Assembly (NCBI RefSeq): GCF_009914755.1
Contig: NC_060928.1
Strand: one strand, 5' to 3'
DNA length: 64,000 nucleotides
From: the human T2T-CHM13v2.0 reference genome, Homo sapiens
Positions 12,831-29,130 of the stretch are shown here, in pieces; the first letter of the stretch is position 1; every line of letters begins with the position of its first letter. The notes under the pieces were generated by a model. The model was given only the letters and a program-made list of their open reading frames with translations, was not told the DNA's origin and did not search any database. Both the position numbers and the translations under genes were made by a program.

Positions 12831-14759
12831 ACCAAAGATTGTGTTAAAAACCATGTCAACAGGCTAGATAGTTCTTCAAAAGAGTTCTGAGCCCTAAATT
12901 GTAGGCATGGGGTGTTTTATATACCGAATCAAATGTTCACATTCAAATTTACTATCAACAAAAATGAGGAACACACACAATAACAAAATATATTGATACA
13001 CCATTTGTTTGTTACAGATTGTCTATTGATTTCCACATGATAATTTATTTAGATTAAAAAACTATTTCAGAATTGATTTTAAAAGACATAAATTATAAGT
13101 TAATCAAAAGTTCTTATCAAACTAGGTATATTAGAATGACCTAAAGTAATATACACCTTAGATAAACATTTATCTAATGCCATTAATCATGACACAGTCA
13201 AATTAAATGATTCAAATCAATGATTTAGTATCATATCTTTTAGATTAATCTCAGTGTCATTTATTATTAAACTGCATGTCCAATAAATTGCTATGTATAT
13301 TGCCAGATATGCAATTACAACTTTGCCCTAATGTTTCTCTCTGTCCTAAAGTGAGGCAATAATTTAAATATTTGATTAAATTTATACTGCTTGTACAGTT
13401 GTAGTTTCTTTTTCTTGGTAAACGAAACAAAACATTCTTATTACCTATTATCCTTTTTGTCAAATTAATGAAAAGTTTTAACCACATATATTAATAGCAT
13501 TAGCTGTAACTGCAAAGTGAGCAAATATAAATTAAACAAAAACAACTTAATATTTTCTTTTATAAACACAAATATAGGGTGCCTACTTTCTCACATTCAA
13601 TGTAATTTTCACATATAAGATTATCTGTAAATATAATTATATTTTCTGATTATGTATCAAAATTTTGATTCCTGTATATTTAATTTTGGGCAGTTATTCC
13701 TTTATTTTTTCATTTCTATCAGTGTTCATTCAGAAAATATTATTTTGATATGATATATATTCATATATATTTTATAAAATGTAGATAAAATGGAAATAAA
13801 AAATAAATTTAGTTGGATCTTTATGCAGTTTAAATTTTCTAATTTTATAATATGTAGATATACTTTATAATGTAAATATATTTTAGATATGTAGATAAAA
13901 TTTAAAATATAGATTAATTTTATAAAATGTAGATAAAAAGAAATAAAAAATAAACTTATTTAATTGGATATTTATGCAGTTTAAAGAGCAGAGGACTTGC
14001 TTCAGAAGACTTGGTTCAGATAGATTAACCATTATGTAGATGTGGTAGAGTCAACACAAAGTTAATCTGTGAGGGTTTCCATGTTTATATTATTCATAGT
14101 GTTCTTCATGTACTAGGAGATAAGTGAATCTTCTAAAACTACTAACCATCATAATTAGGTGTTTCAAATCTAAGAGGAAGAAGGTAATTACAATGCATAT
14201 ATAATCAGAGATGTCAATTTATTTTAAGGAATGTCATTGTCTCCTATTATATTCTCATATCCAAATTTGAGCTGGATAAAATACATAAAATATCTGTTTA
14301 ATATATATATAAATATGAGAAATACTATTATTAGATTTTAGACAACAAATGGTGCAAGACAATAAAATCTGGGAATATGGAAAAAAATTAATGGTCCTGG
14401 CTTTTTATTTGGAGATATTTTTAGGCTGTAGTACACTTTTGTGAGCCCAAAGGAAGCAAATAGTATCTCTGAGCAAAGATAGAAATTGGAGTTTGACATT
14501 ACTAAGGTAACTGAAATGTACAGGCAGGGTATCCAAGAAACAAAATGTTACAGGAAGTAAAAAATATGCATCAGAGACTCCTTGATTGGTTGGCCAAATA
14601 CTAAGTTGCACCTTGACAGGGAGAGGCTCCGCAGTGAGGGCAAAATGCCACCAGGGAAGGAACCGCTACTGAGGAACAGTAACTAGAGGGGTATGAGCCA
14701 CGTCCTCATGCTGTCATTCTTGCTTTCAGGATTTGCTGGAGCTAACCCATGAAGTCCCC

Positions 14760-16200
<1,441 letters not shown>

Positions 16201-16799
16201 AGAATATAAGGAGCTGCCTTATAAGAAGCTTACAAAGCACTTACATGTACATGTAAAATATTGAATACTTGCTTCTGTCAGCAGACATAACATTTACTTC
16301 AATTGTATTGAATTAAGCATTCCCTTCCTTTCAAGTAATTATTTTGTTTGTGGAATTATATTTTTATCTTTTGTGCGTAAATGATGCTTAAATTTTGATA
16401 GTTTAATAGTTTTATGAACCAGTACATCTCCACCAATAACACTGTTTTAGTACTTCCTCAGCTTGAGCTGCTAAACAAAACTTAATATGTGAAGAATGAT
16501 ACTTCTGAGTAGAATTAGCATAAAATATTTTGATTTTTGTTTCTTCAAAATCACTTTCATTATCATTATTTCATTTATTATTATTGTTGAGTTCATAAAA
16601 ATCACGTCTTTACAAAAATTCTAATGAAGCTTATTTTGACATTATTAAATTAGGATTAAAAAATAACATATTTTACTTCCTTAATTTAGTCAATAGTAGT
16701 GAATCATACATAATAAAAACCAGGCTTGACTAAAATTTAAATTATTTATAAGTTAAAAACACAAATTGACTACATGTTTTTAATTTCTTTCTTTTTACA

Positions 16800-17110
16800 C
16801 TTTAAATTTTTTTTTAATTTTTAACTTTAATTTTTATGGGTACATAGAAGGTGTAGATACATTTACTGGGTACATGAGATATTTTGATACAGGTATACAA
16901 TGTGTAATAATCACATCATGGTAAATGGGGTACCCATCACTTCAGTCATCATTTCTTTGTGTTACAAACATTCCAGTTGTACTTCCTCAGTTATTCTCAG
17001 TTATATAAAGTGTATAACTTTATACACTTTATATTCGGTTATATAAAGTGCAGTACAAATTGTTGCTGACTGTAGTCACCTTGTCCTATCAAATACTAGG
17101 TCTTATTCGT
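16800..17110 (-). mobile_element. L1MA 3' end
   Basis: GGGTACATGAGATATTTTGATACAGGTATACAATGTGTAATAATCACATCATGGTAAATGGGGTA matches L1MA 3' termini. Confidence 0.85.
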
Positions 17111-17901
17111 TATTTTTTTCTAACTTTTATTTTAAGTCCCAGGGTACATGCACAAGATGTACAGATTTGTAACATAGGTAAACATGAGTCATGGGGTTTG
17201 TTGTACAGATTATTTCATCACCCAGGTATTAAACCTAGTACCCATTAGTTATTTTTCCTGATCCTCTCCCTCCTCCCAACCTCTCCCCTCCAGTAGGCCC
17301 CAGTGTGCATTGTTTCCCTCTATGTGTCCATGTGTTCTCATCATTTAGATGTAGCCAACAAGCATATGAAAAAAGCTCAACATCTCTGATCATTAGAGAA
17401 ATGCAAATCAAAACCACAATGAGATACCATTTTACATCAGTCAGAATAGTTATTTTTAAAAGTGCAAAAAATAACAGATGCTGGCAAGATTGTGGAGAAA
17501 AAGGAATGCTTATACACTGTTGGTGGGAGTGTAAATTAATTCAACCATTGTGGGAGACAGTGTGGCAATTCCTCAAAGACCTAGAGACAGAAATACTATT
17601 CAACCCAACTATCCCATTACTTGGTATATACCCAAAGGAATATAAATTGTTTTATTATAGAGACACATGCACATGTATGTTCATTGCAGCACTATTCACA
17701 ATAGCAAACACATGGAATCAACCTAAATGCTCATCAGTGAATGACTGGATAAAGAAAATATGGTATATGTACACCTTGGAATATTACAGAGCCAGAAAAA
17801 GGAACGGTATTATGTCTTTGCAAGGACGTGGATGGAGCTGGAGGCCATTATCCTTTAGCAAACTAATTCAGAAACAGAAGACAAAATGCCATATTTTCTC
17901 A
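17111..17901. mobile_element. 5'-inverted L1PA (about L1PA13-16) insertion: 3' end on minus (17111-17348) joined to an ORF2 C-terminal segment on plus (17349-17901)
   Basis: Poly-T plus an antisense 3' UTR up to CATCATTTAG is followed by sense ORF2 (IREMQIKTTMRYH...HCWWECKL...). The sense segment ends at TTCTCA, a few bases before the point where the antisense segment begins in the consensus. Confidence 0.85.
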
Positions 17902-18259
17902 TATTTTAATATACTTTCAGATTACAGCTGAGAAGTCAACTCTGAAATATCACATGCCATAATATGGTCCTACTTACTGCAAGCAACTGGACTCAGTTCA
18001 TGTAAGTTACTGCAAATTGTATAACACCTGAATTGTTCTATAACTGTAATTCATTGAGTGAGATAGATATGCTAATTACATGCTATGCTGTTCTATAAGT
18101 TTCTAAGTGCTTAATATTAATTTATGTACTTAACTTGTTATGGCTCAGTAACAAGTATTTTATGCAAAGCATTGGTCCATGAACTACACTTTAGATTGCA
18201 GTACATAAGAAAATGCGGACATTGTACACAGGAATAATAAAACCAAAAAATTTATTTGA

Positions 18260-19749
<1,490 letters not shown>

Positions 19750-19750
<1 letters not shown>

Positions 19751-19850
19751 TATCATTAGTTATTTCTACAATTATAATACATAATAGACCTCCTCAATAC
19801 TCAGTGTCTTAAAACAATAAAAATTTGGTTTTGCTTATGAATTTAAGTTT
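19750..19850 (-). mobile_element. Short MLT-type LTR end fragment
   Basis: CTCAGTGTCTTAAAACAATAAAAATTTGGTTTTGCTTATGAAT resembles the MLT1/2 terminal motif (CTCAGTGGCTTAAAACAAC). Confidence 0.4.
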
Positions 19851-19879
19851 GGCTTCCTACGTATTAAAAATAATCAGTG

Positions 19880-21870
<1,991 letters not shown>

Positions 21871-21899
21871 GATTAGGAAAATTTTTGTGGAAACAAAAT

Positions 21900-24332
21900 T
21901 TTGAAAACATTTTCGTCAAATATGTTTTCCAAATTGTTTATTCTCTCTCCTTCTCTGTCAGGAATACCAATGAGTTATAGAGTTGGTCTGTTTACATAAT
22001 CCCATATTTCTCAGATTTTTTTCATTTTTAAATATTCTTTTGAAATTTTTGTCTGACTGAGTTGATTTAAAAAGGTAATCTTCAAGCTCTGAGATTCTTC
22101 TCTTAGCTTGGTCTGTTCTGCTGTTAATATTTCTGATTCTATTACGAAATTCTTGCAGTGACTATTTCCACTCTACAAGTTCAGGTTGGTTCTTTCTTAA
22201 AATGGTTATTTTGTCTTTCATTTCTGGGATGATTTCACTGGATTCCTTGCATTGGGTTTCAACTTTCTTTTGAATATCAACGAGCTTCCTTGCCATCCAG
22301 ATTCTGAATTCTGTGTAAGTCACTTCAGTCATTTCAAATTGGTTAAGGACCATTGCTGGGGAACTAGTGGAATTGTTTGGAGGTCAGGGGACACTCTGGC
22401 TTTTTTAATTGCCAGAGTTATTGTACTGTTCTTTCTCATCCAGGAGAACTGGTATTCCTTTAACTGTGGTGTAAGTTGAGGATAGTCAGTTGGCTTCATT
22501 TCTGGGTGTTTTCAGAGGGCCAAAATTCTGTCCAAATTCTTTACTTGTGGCCGAATTCTTGCTCTTTGTTTTCCATGGGGAGTATATTAGCAAAGTATTT
22601 TTGGTGTTGTAGTTTCAGCTGTGATTCCGTACATGGTGCTTAAGAGTAATGGCAGGTAGATAGGCTTTCACTCAGCCAACTGACTCCTTTGTATTTCCTT
22701 GCATTTGTGGCCCTGCTCTGTGATGTGGTGAGGAGAGAGGTGACTTCCTCACCAGGTCCGCTGTGAGCCTTGGAGAAGCCCCTTTTGATCACTGGTACAC
22801 TCATGTTCTTTTGTCAGGTGTTCCAAGCCACAGGGCTCCCTTGGTCAGAGACGGCAGCAGGGAGATAGGCCACACCTGTTCTGCAGAGCCCTGTGGATGG
22901 AGGCATGCCTCTCTCTCACCGTAGCCCACAAGCCTATGTGGCTCACCTGGCTCAGTGCTCTGAGAGTGTGGGTACCTCTCCCTCTTGAGTGCCAGCTACA
23001 GGTCTCAGCTTGGCACTCCCTAGCTGTACAGAGCAGCCCTGGGGTGAGCTCAGGCTTTTTGTCATTCTCTCTCCTCTTATTTGCTCTCTCCTGCTGCTTG
23101 GGGGCAGCAGTGGTGGGGACCATGGCAGCTGCAGTGACAGAGGACCTGTCAGTGGTCTATGGCACTGCACCCCAGAATAACACAGAACTGCCACTGACTG
23201 GTGACCAGGTGTGGGTGGGGCAGCTGAATTGTGGGCCCTGGCAGGTGGCCCTGCCTGGGGAAGAGCAAGGAAATCAGGGGTTCACAGGAAAATAATGTGG
23301 CCTCCTCTCCATAGGGCAGCTGTGGCATTCTGGAGGTGCCAGCAAAGCAATCAGGGTCTTCGTTCCCTCCCTAGCCTGGGGGAAGTGAGGACTGGTACCT
23401 TGGCAGTGGCAATGGCAGAGGGCCTGTCGGTTGTCTCTGGGAACTCTAGCCCACAGAAACACAGAGCCCTCTCTGACTGAAGTGAGCAGGTCGGGTGGGT
23501 GGCAGCTATGGCGTCCCAGGCTAGGAGGTCCTCTCCGGGGAGGAGACAGAGGGGCAAGGACCTGCATGGAAAACAGTCTAGCTACTTTTCTGTTAGGCAG
23601 CTGCAGCATACTGCAGGCCCACAACTATTCTTGGGTTCTTGGTTCTTTCCTCAGCCTGAGGGCAGCAGGGGTAGGGACTGCGGCAGTGAGAATTGCAGTG
23701 GGACTGTCAGTTATGTCTGGGAGCGCCGTCCCACAGAAATGCAGGGCTGTGATTGGCCAGAGTTTCTCAAGCCAGAAGTGGGGCGGTGGCCAGACTGCGC
23801 TAAGGGCTAAGGTCCCAGGCTAGTGGTCCTTCCCTTGTGATCTGCAGTCCTTCAGCTCCTTAGCACCGTAAATGTCGCCCATCTCTTGTTCCAGAGAGCT
23901 CGCCTCCTCTTGTTGACGTGGCTATGGCAACTGGCACCAGGATGCACAGGGATCCAAGGCCCATAGGGCCCACATGGGCTTGAGCAGTGGCCCTGCCCAG
24001 ACTCCAGGAAGTTCTCTGTGTCAATCAGGAGATGGGGGCTAAGGAGGATTTCCCGTGCCCAGGGTTGCAAAGGTCCGTGACAGAAGTGTGAGTCCCCAAG
24101 GGCTCTGGCTCACTCATCCTTTCCCCATAGTAGGGACCCTCCTCTGGCTCTGTGCCCATCCTGGGTGGGCAGCTGTCCTACCTAGCTCCTCTCTGCTCTC
24201 CATGGTGGCCATTGCTCTCTTGATGAACCCCAGCTTGGTTCCCCGGACGTTCCACTTGAAGAGCTGGAGTTTACTTGCCGCTCTCTCTCCTCTTTGAGGG
24301 AGCAATGCTTACAGCCACCTTGGTGCTTCTCC
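21900..24332 (-). mobile_element. L1 5' portion (L1PB/L1PREC2/L1PA13-16-type): 5' UTR plus N-terminal ORF1, 3'-truncated
   Basis: ORF 22162-22353 (EFRIWMARKLVDIQKKVETQCKE) is L1 ORF1p. A GC-rich 5' UTR of about 1.8 kb ends at a CCAAGGTGGC start motif (compare CCAAGATGGC) near 24315-24332. Confidence 0.85.
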
Positions 24333-25017
24333 AAAGCTACTTTCTGTAACAAATTTTTTTCTTCTCTGTTATGCTGTAGGCCAGTTTCTTAATCTTGCTT
24401 TGTTATTCATGACATCATATTAGAGTTTAAATTCCTAAGTGCTCTTGAAATTTTGATTATGATTTTTTATTTAAGATTTCTATTTTTTATTTGTTTTCTT
24501 CACATTTGCCATGTTTTGTTTTCTAATTTCTTGCCTTTTTTAATGAAAACTGATTATTATAGATTAAATTAATACCATTATGAATTTTTATTTTTCTGAC
24601 TATCTTGAAGAGACTAATTTGAATATAGTTTTCAGATTCTTCAATAAAATTGATATTATCAGGAGTTCCTGCCTGGCTGTTGACTTCTTTTTTATAATAA
24701 CCTCAATGTGTTAGCATGTTTTTGGATATGGGTGGGTGGCTCACTTTGGTTGACAAGTATTTTGTTTGTATCTTCTCTATCTCTGTCCCTACTGCTTTGC
24801 TCATTCCTTTCCATCTTCGAGTTTTGTATTTGCTTCCACTGACCCCTAGTTTTGAATAAGAACTTACGGCGATTTGGAGTCTTGCTCCACATAATATCAG
24901 AGATATTACAAAGCCAATCACGAGGTCAGAAGCTGCCTTTACTCAGATCTTGAATCCTCTCTTCCTAGATGTGCAGCCATCATGGGATATCTACTGGGGC
25001 CGTGTGTTTTGCTGGTA

Positions 25018-25330
25018 TAGTTGTTCCCCTTATTCATCGTTTCACTTTCTACAGTTTCAGTTACCTGCAGTCAACCAGGGGTCTGAAAATATTAAATGAA
25101 AAATTCCAGTGATAAACAATTTATGTTTTAAATTACATGTCGTTCTGAGTAGTGTGATGTAATCTTATATTGTTTCATTCCATCTCACCTGGACATGATC
25201 ATCCCTTGCCCAGCATGCCCATGCTGTATATACTACCTGCTGTATATTCCAACCCGCTGCTAGTCATTTAGCAGCCATCTTGTTATCAGATTGACTATCA
25301 TGCATTGGTGCTGGTGTTCAAGTAACCTTT
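25018..25330 (+). mobile_element. MER44/Tigger7 left portion
   Basis: CCCCTTATTCATCGTTTCACTTTCTACAGTTTCAGTTACCTGCAGTCAACC...GAAAATATTAAATGAAAAATTCCAG...GTTCTGAGTAGTGTGATG...GTGTTCAAGTAACC matches the recalled consensus. Confidence 0.85.
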
Positions 25331-25361
25331 AGGTACTTACTTTAGGTACTTATAGAAGTTA

Positions 25362-25632
25362 TGCTCCCATCTTCCTACAGAGACTGGTAGATAAGGCCAC
25401 TCTTTCTTACTGATTACATTCCAATTGGGATGGCTCCCAGGTTCTTGAGAAAGACGTTCCTGGGTTGTAAAACTAGCAAGAGTGTGGTAGGAGATTTATA
25501 TTTCAAGAAAACAGATAAATAATTTACAATTGCAAGTTTTTTTAAGTAAATGTTCTAAGAAAAAGGGGAGCTAGGAGGAAACTGGTCTAAAGTTTAGTTA
25601 AGTTGAGGACAATGTTGAAATCATCTTAGTTA
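25362..25632 (-). mobile_element. MER34/MER39-family ERV1 LTR fragment
   Basis: GATGGCTCCCAGGTTCTTGAGAAAGACGTTCCTGGGTTGTAAAACT...AATTTACAATTGCAAGTTTT is the MER34/39 core. Confidence 0.7.
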
Positions 25633-28600
25633 CGTTTTCTCAGGCTAAAGAAAAACTAGATTTTATGTTTGACAATGAGCATTTACTTTAATATATATTT
25701 TTAAACATTCAGGCTACCCAATTTTTAATTTCCAAACTTTATAACTAGCTTCTCTCAAATAAGAACTTAGTCATATATAAGTTCTCCCTTGTATCAGATT
25801 ATAAAGTACAAATGCACTATTTTGTTGGGATGTTTGAAAGTTAATTCATTCAGGATAGCTTTTTCAATAAGAACAAAATTTTGACTATAGTCAGAATACA
25901 AAATTGTATCCTTTATTTTTTGAGTTGAGAGGAGAAATTGGTGAGAAAACCTGTCAAGTTGTGTTTGCATATTTTGACTGTTTCCTGCAGGGGAACACCA
26001 GCCATGAGTGACAAATCTTGGTACAGTGTTCAAGTTAAAGGTAAAAAGTCACCTAACAGTAGAAAGTAATCCTGGGCAGCTTGCAGAACAGTGATGACGT
26101 TTTTCACACAACCAAACTCTTAAAAAAATCAAATGACCATATTCTTCCTGAATCAGAATTTCTGTATGATCTCTCTGGCAACACAAACTGCCGGAAATTG
26201 GATACAAAAATTACAAGGCACTGACCCCTGAGTTGTGTCAGCTCTTTAGAAATGAAAACCATGACAAGTACTGTATGTTAGAAAGTCCCTAGGGTAAGAG
26301 CCATGCCTTAATAAAGCATATTGCTTCACAGAGAACTTTAAACAATGCGAATTCCATATGCAGGAAATCTCAGAAAGAAAGGCACTGAGAAAAAGACCTT
26401 TGCAACAAAAGATTCCAGAAAACATTACATGAAAAATTTTAAATACCTTTTATTACTTTTTATGCCCTTGGAAAATATTCATACAGAAACAAACAAAATG
26501 GTGTCTACCAGTTTATAAATAATAATCAAGGCATACATGATTTAGTTCTTTGGAAAAATAATCTGTCTAGACTTCACACGGTCAACCTGTAGATAATAGA
26601 AATAAAATAAGATACTTCAAAGAATTCTAGATGAGTAACAGCATTTATCATGGCTTGACATTACTAATTGCCTGATCTTAGGCTTTACTGTGATAACAAT
26701 GTTTTCAAAACCTTTTCCTGTGATCATTTTGGAAATAAAGTGGGGAATATCATTATAATAATTACTGGTCAAAAAGAGGAATAGAGCAAATCTAAATGAA
26801 ATAAAATTACATGATATAATATCTTGAACTTTCCCCTCAACTTTCATTTATCTTATTTTCCTTAATTTGAAATTACTATTAGATTAGAGCAAACTTTATG
26901 CCAAGGATATATTATTGCCAATAGCCTGAGGGAAATGACAAACTTTCCGTGGTTTGGGACCAAGTAGGAGTTCTTCTGAAGAAATTCAAAGTCCTGATTT
27001 TGTAACAGGTTGTTTTTGCAGAATGAATCATCTTTATATTCGGAAATGCACACACCACCACCAACACTAGTGCTAAAATGTCTATTTCAACAAATCATGA
27101 ATTTGAGGTAATGAACACGAATGAATACATTTATTGTTTGACTGAGAGGAATGTTCTGTGCTACTTAAAGGAAATATTTGCCACTCTATGATGTTTTTCA
27201 GGCTTCAGAAGAAGATTATCTAGGACAATCTATTCTATCTGCATATTGTGATACTTTAAAATATTTATTGAGTTTCTTGTTCAAGTACTGCTCTAATTAC
27301 TAGGTATAATGGGTAAAATAGAATACTTAGGTTTATGATTATAAATAAATGTATTAAATGAAAATATCTGGATACAATATGGAATTACAAAGGCAGAAAT
27401 ATTTAAATGCCAAAATATCATCTAATTATAATGTAATTTGATAAACATAGACTATCATAAAAGTTCTTTAACTTAGCTCATATTTGTTATTTATACTTCC
27501 AAAAAGTTAGTAGTTAAATTTCTATTGTATTCAGTTTATTGAGACATGGAAAGATGCTGATCAATTGTCTTATGTACTAAGATTGTTTATGGAAAGGATC
27601 TACAGGATTTCTTCTGGCACATATATTCTTTATATAAATGATGAAGATACCAGTAGTAGCTGAGTGTAATGTGGTAGTGAAGTTTTATTTAGTAGGTAGA
27701 ATATAGGCTTGTCAACCTGTGTTTTCAAGATGAAGTCACATCACTATTAATTTATCTTTTCACAGATTCATTACTTCAACTTCCTTCAGATGATGGAGGA
27801 AATGCAACGATGTGCAAATCTCCCTTTCTAAATTCATGCCTCTGGGGACAACATGAGATTCAGAAACCGGGGAAATCACGGTTTCGGATTCCATCTTGTG
27901 TCCAATGTGAGTAACATTCAAAGTGCTCTACTAAGGATGTGCAGCCTTCCTCTTGCCCAAGGCATGACTACTGTGTCAACTTGGTTCTTGGTTCCTTTTT
28001 GTAATGGATTGAATAGGATAAACAGCACTTAATGCATTCTGCAAAAGACAAAACTAGGTAAAAGTTTAAGGCTTTTCTTTCATGTTAATTTTCTCCTTTC
28101 TTTCTATTCCAGAATGGCATAGTAATGCTTCATATTTCAGAATCTGAATCCAGTTCATTAGGACTGTACCAAAATAGGATTCTACATATCCTCAACAGAA
28201 CATATTTCAATGAGATTTCAGTGACAGATTTCAATATTATTTAGATATTCTCAAAGATCTTGAACCCACAACAGTGGACATTGCTAACACACATGAAAAT
28301 ACTCTCATGCTTCTAGGGAGCGGGGTGGGCATGAGGTAGAATCTGAAGCCCACAGCATTGAAAAAGAGCAAAATCCAAATCATTTGCCTAATATTTTCAT
28401 TGCAATCCACCTGCAGAAACGCTGGTTTCATAATAAATTTTGTTAAATAATTTTTTTTTCAAAAGACCTTTAGAGAGGAGTATTCAGTGTATTGATGGGT
28501 TGATGATAATTTCCAGAAAAATTATTCAAAACTTGAACATAACTAAGAGAGACTACTGGGTATTCTTTCAGAGAAGTCCAGACTGCTTTATTTTCCATTG

Positions 28601-28634
28601 ACTAGATCTTACTACGATTCTAGTCTTACTATTA

Positions 28635-28732
28635 GAATATATATATACACTATGTATATAAGCATGCTATATACATTCATAATGCATATACATATATAAT
28701 GTATATATATATCCCTTGTATATATATATAAA
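28635..28732. repeat. (TA)n-rich low-complexity tract
   Basis: Repeated TATATA/CATATA units. Confidence 0.8.
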
Positions 28733-28949
28733 TGTGACTTTTTCATAAATTAAGTTTTCTGCTGATGTCACATCAGCAATTTAGGAAGCTGATTTATATT
28801 TAACTTAAAGGAAGTGGAAAAATACTACTTTCCAATGGTATAAAGACACAATATGATAATTAGGGACACTTCATAATAGAATATGGAATATTTGCAAAGA
28901 TAAGTGACACTAGAGAAGAAAGAGGCTGCCTAATGACAAAAGGTTAATA

Positions 28950-29130
28950 TAAGCATTGAATCAGGAATCATAAGACTATAGTTCTTGACCTTACCCTGCT
29001 GGTACTTAAACTACCTAAACAGAAATTATCTTAAGCTCTCCAGGTCTCTATTTCCACTTGAATAAAAAAAGAAAATTTGATGTAGTAGTTTCTTCAGTAT
29101 GTTCAACGTATGAAGTTTAATGTTTCTATA
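28950..29130 (+). mobile_element. MIR fragment
   Basis: AATCAGGAATCATAAGACTATAGTTCTTGACC...TCTTAAGCTCTCCAGGTCTCTATTTCCAC resembles the MIR core. Confidence 0.45.

Noticed and set aside
14645-14665. CTCF-like GCCACCAGGGAAGG
   Set aside because: The 3' half departs from the CCACCAGGGGGCGC core, and a single weak match is expected by chance.
17305-17931. Longest ORF (208 aa) as a gene
   Set aside because: It is the L1 ORF2 C-terminus read through an inversion junction, with a non-ATG start in antisense 3' UTR.
22845-24305. Dense cluster of overlapping ORFs in a GC-rich segment, as a possible CpG-island gene
   Set aside because: It lies within an L1 5' UTR, is CpG-depleted, and GC-rich sequence simply has fewer stop codons.
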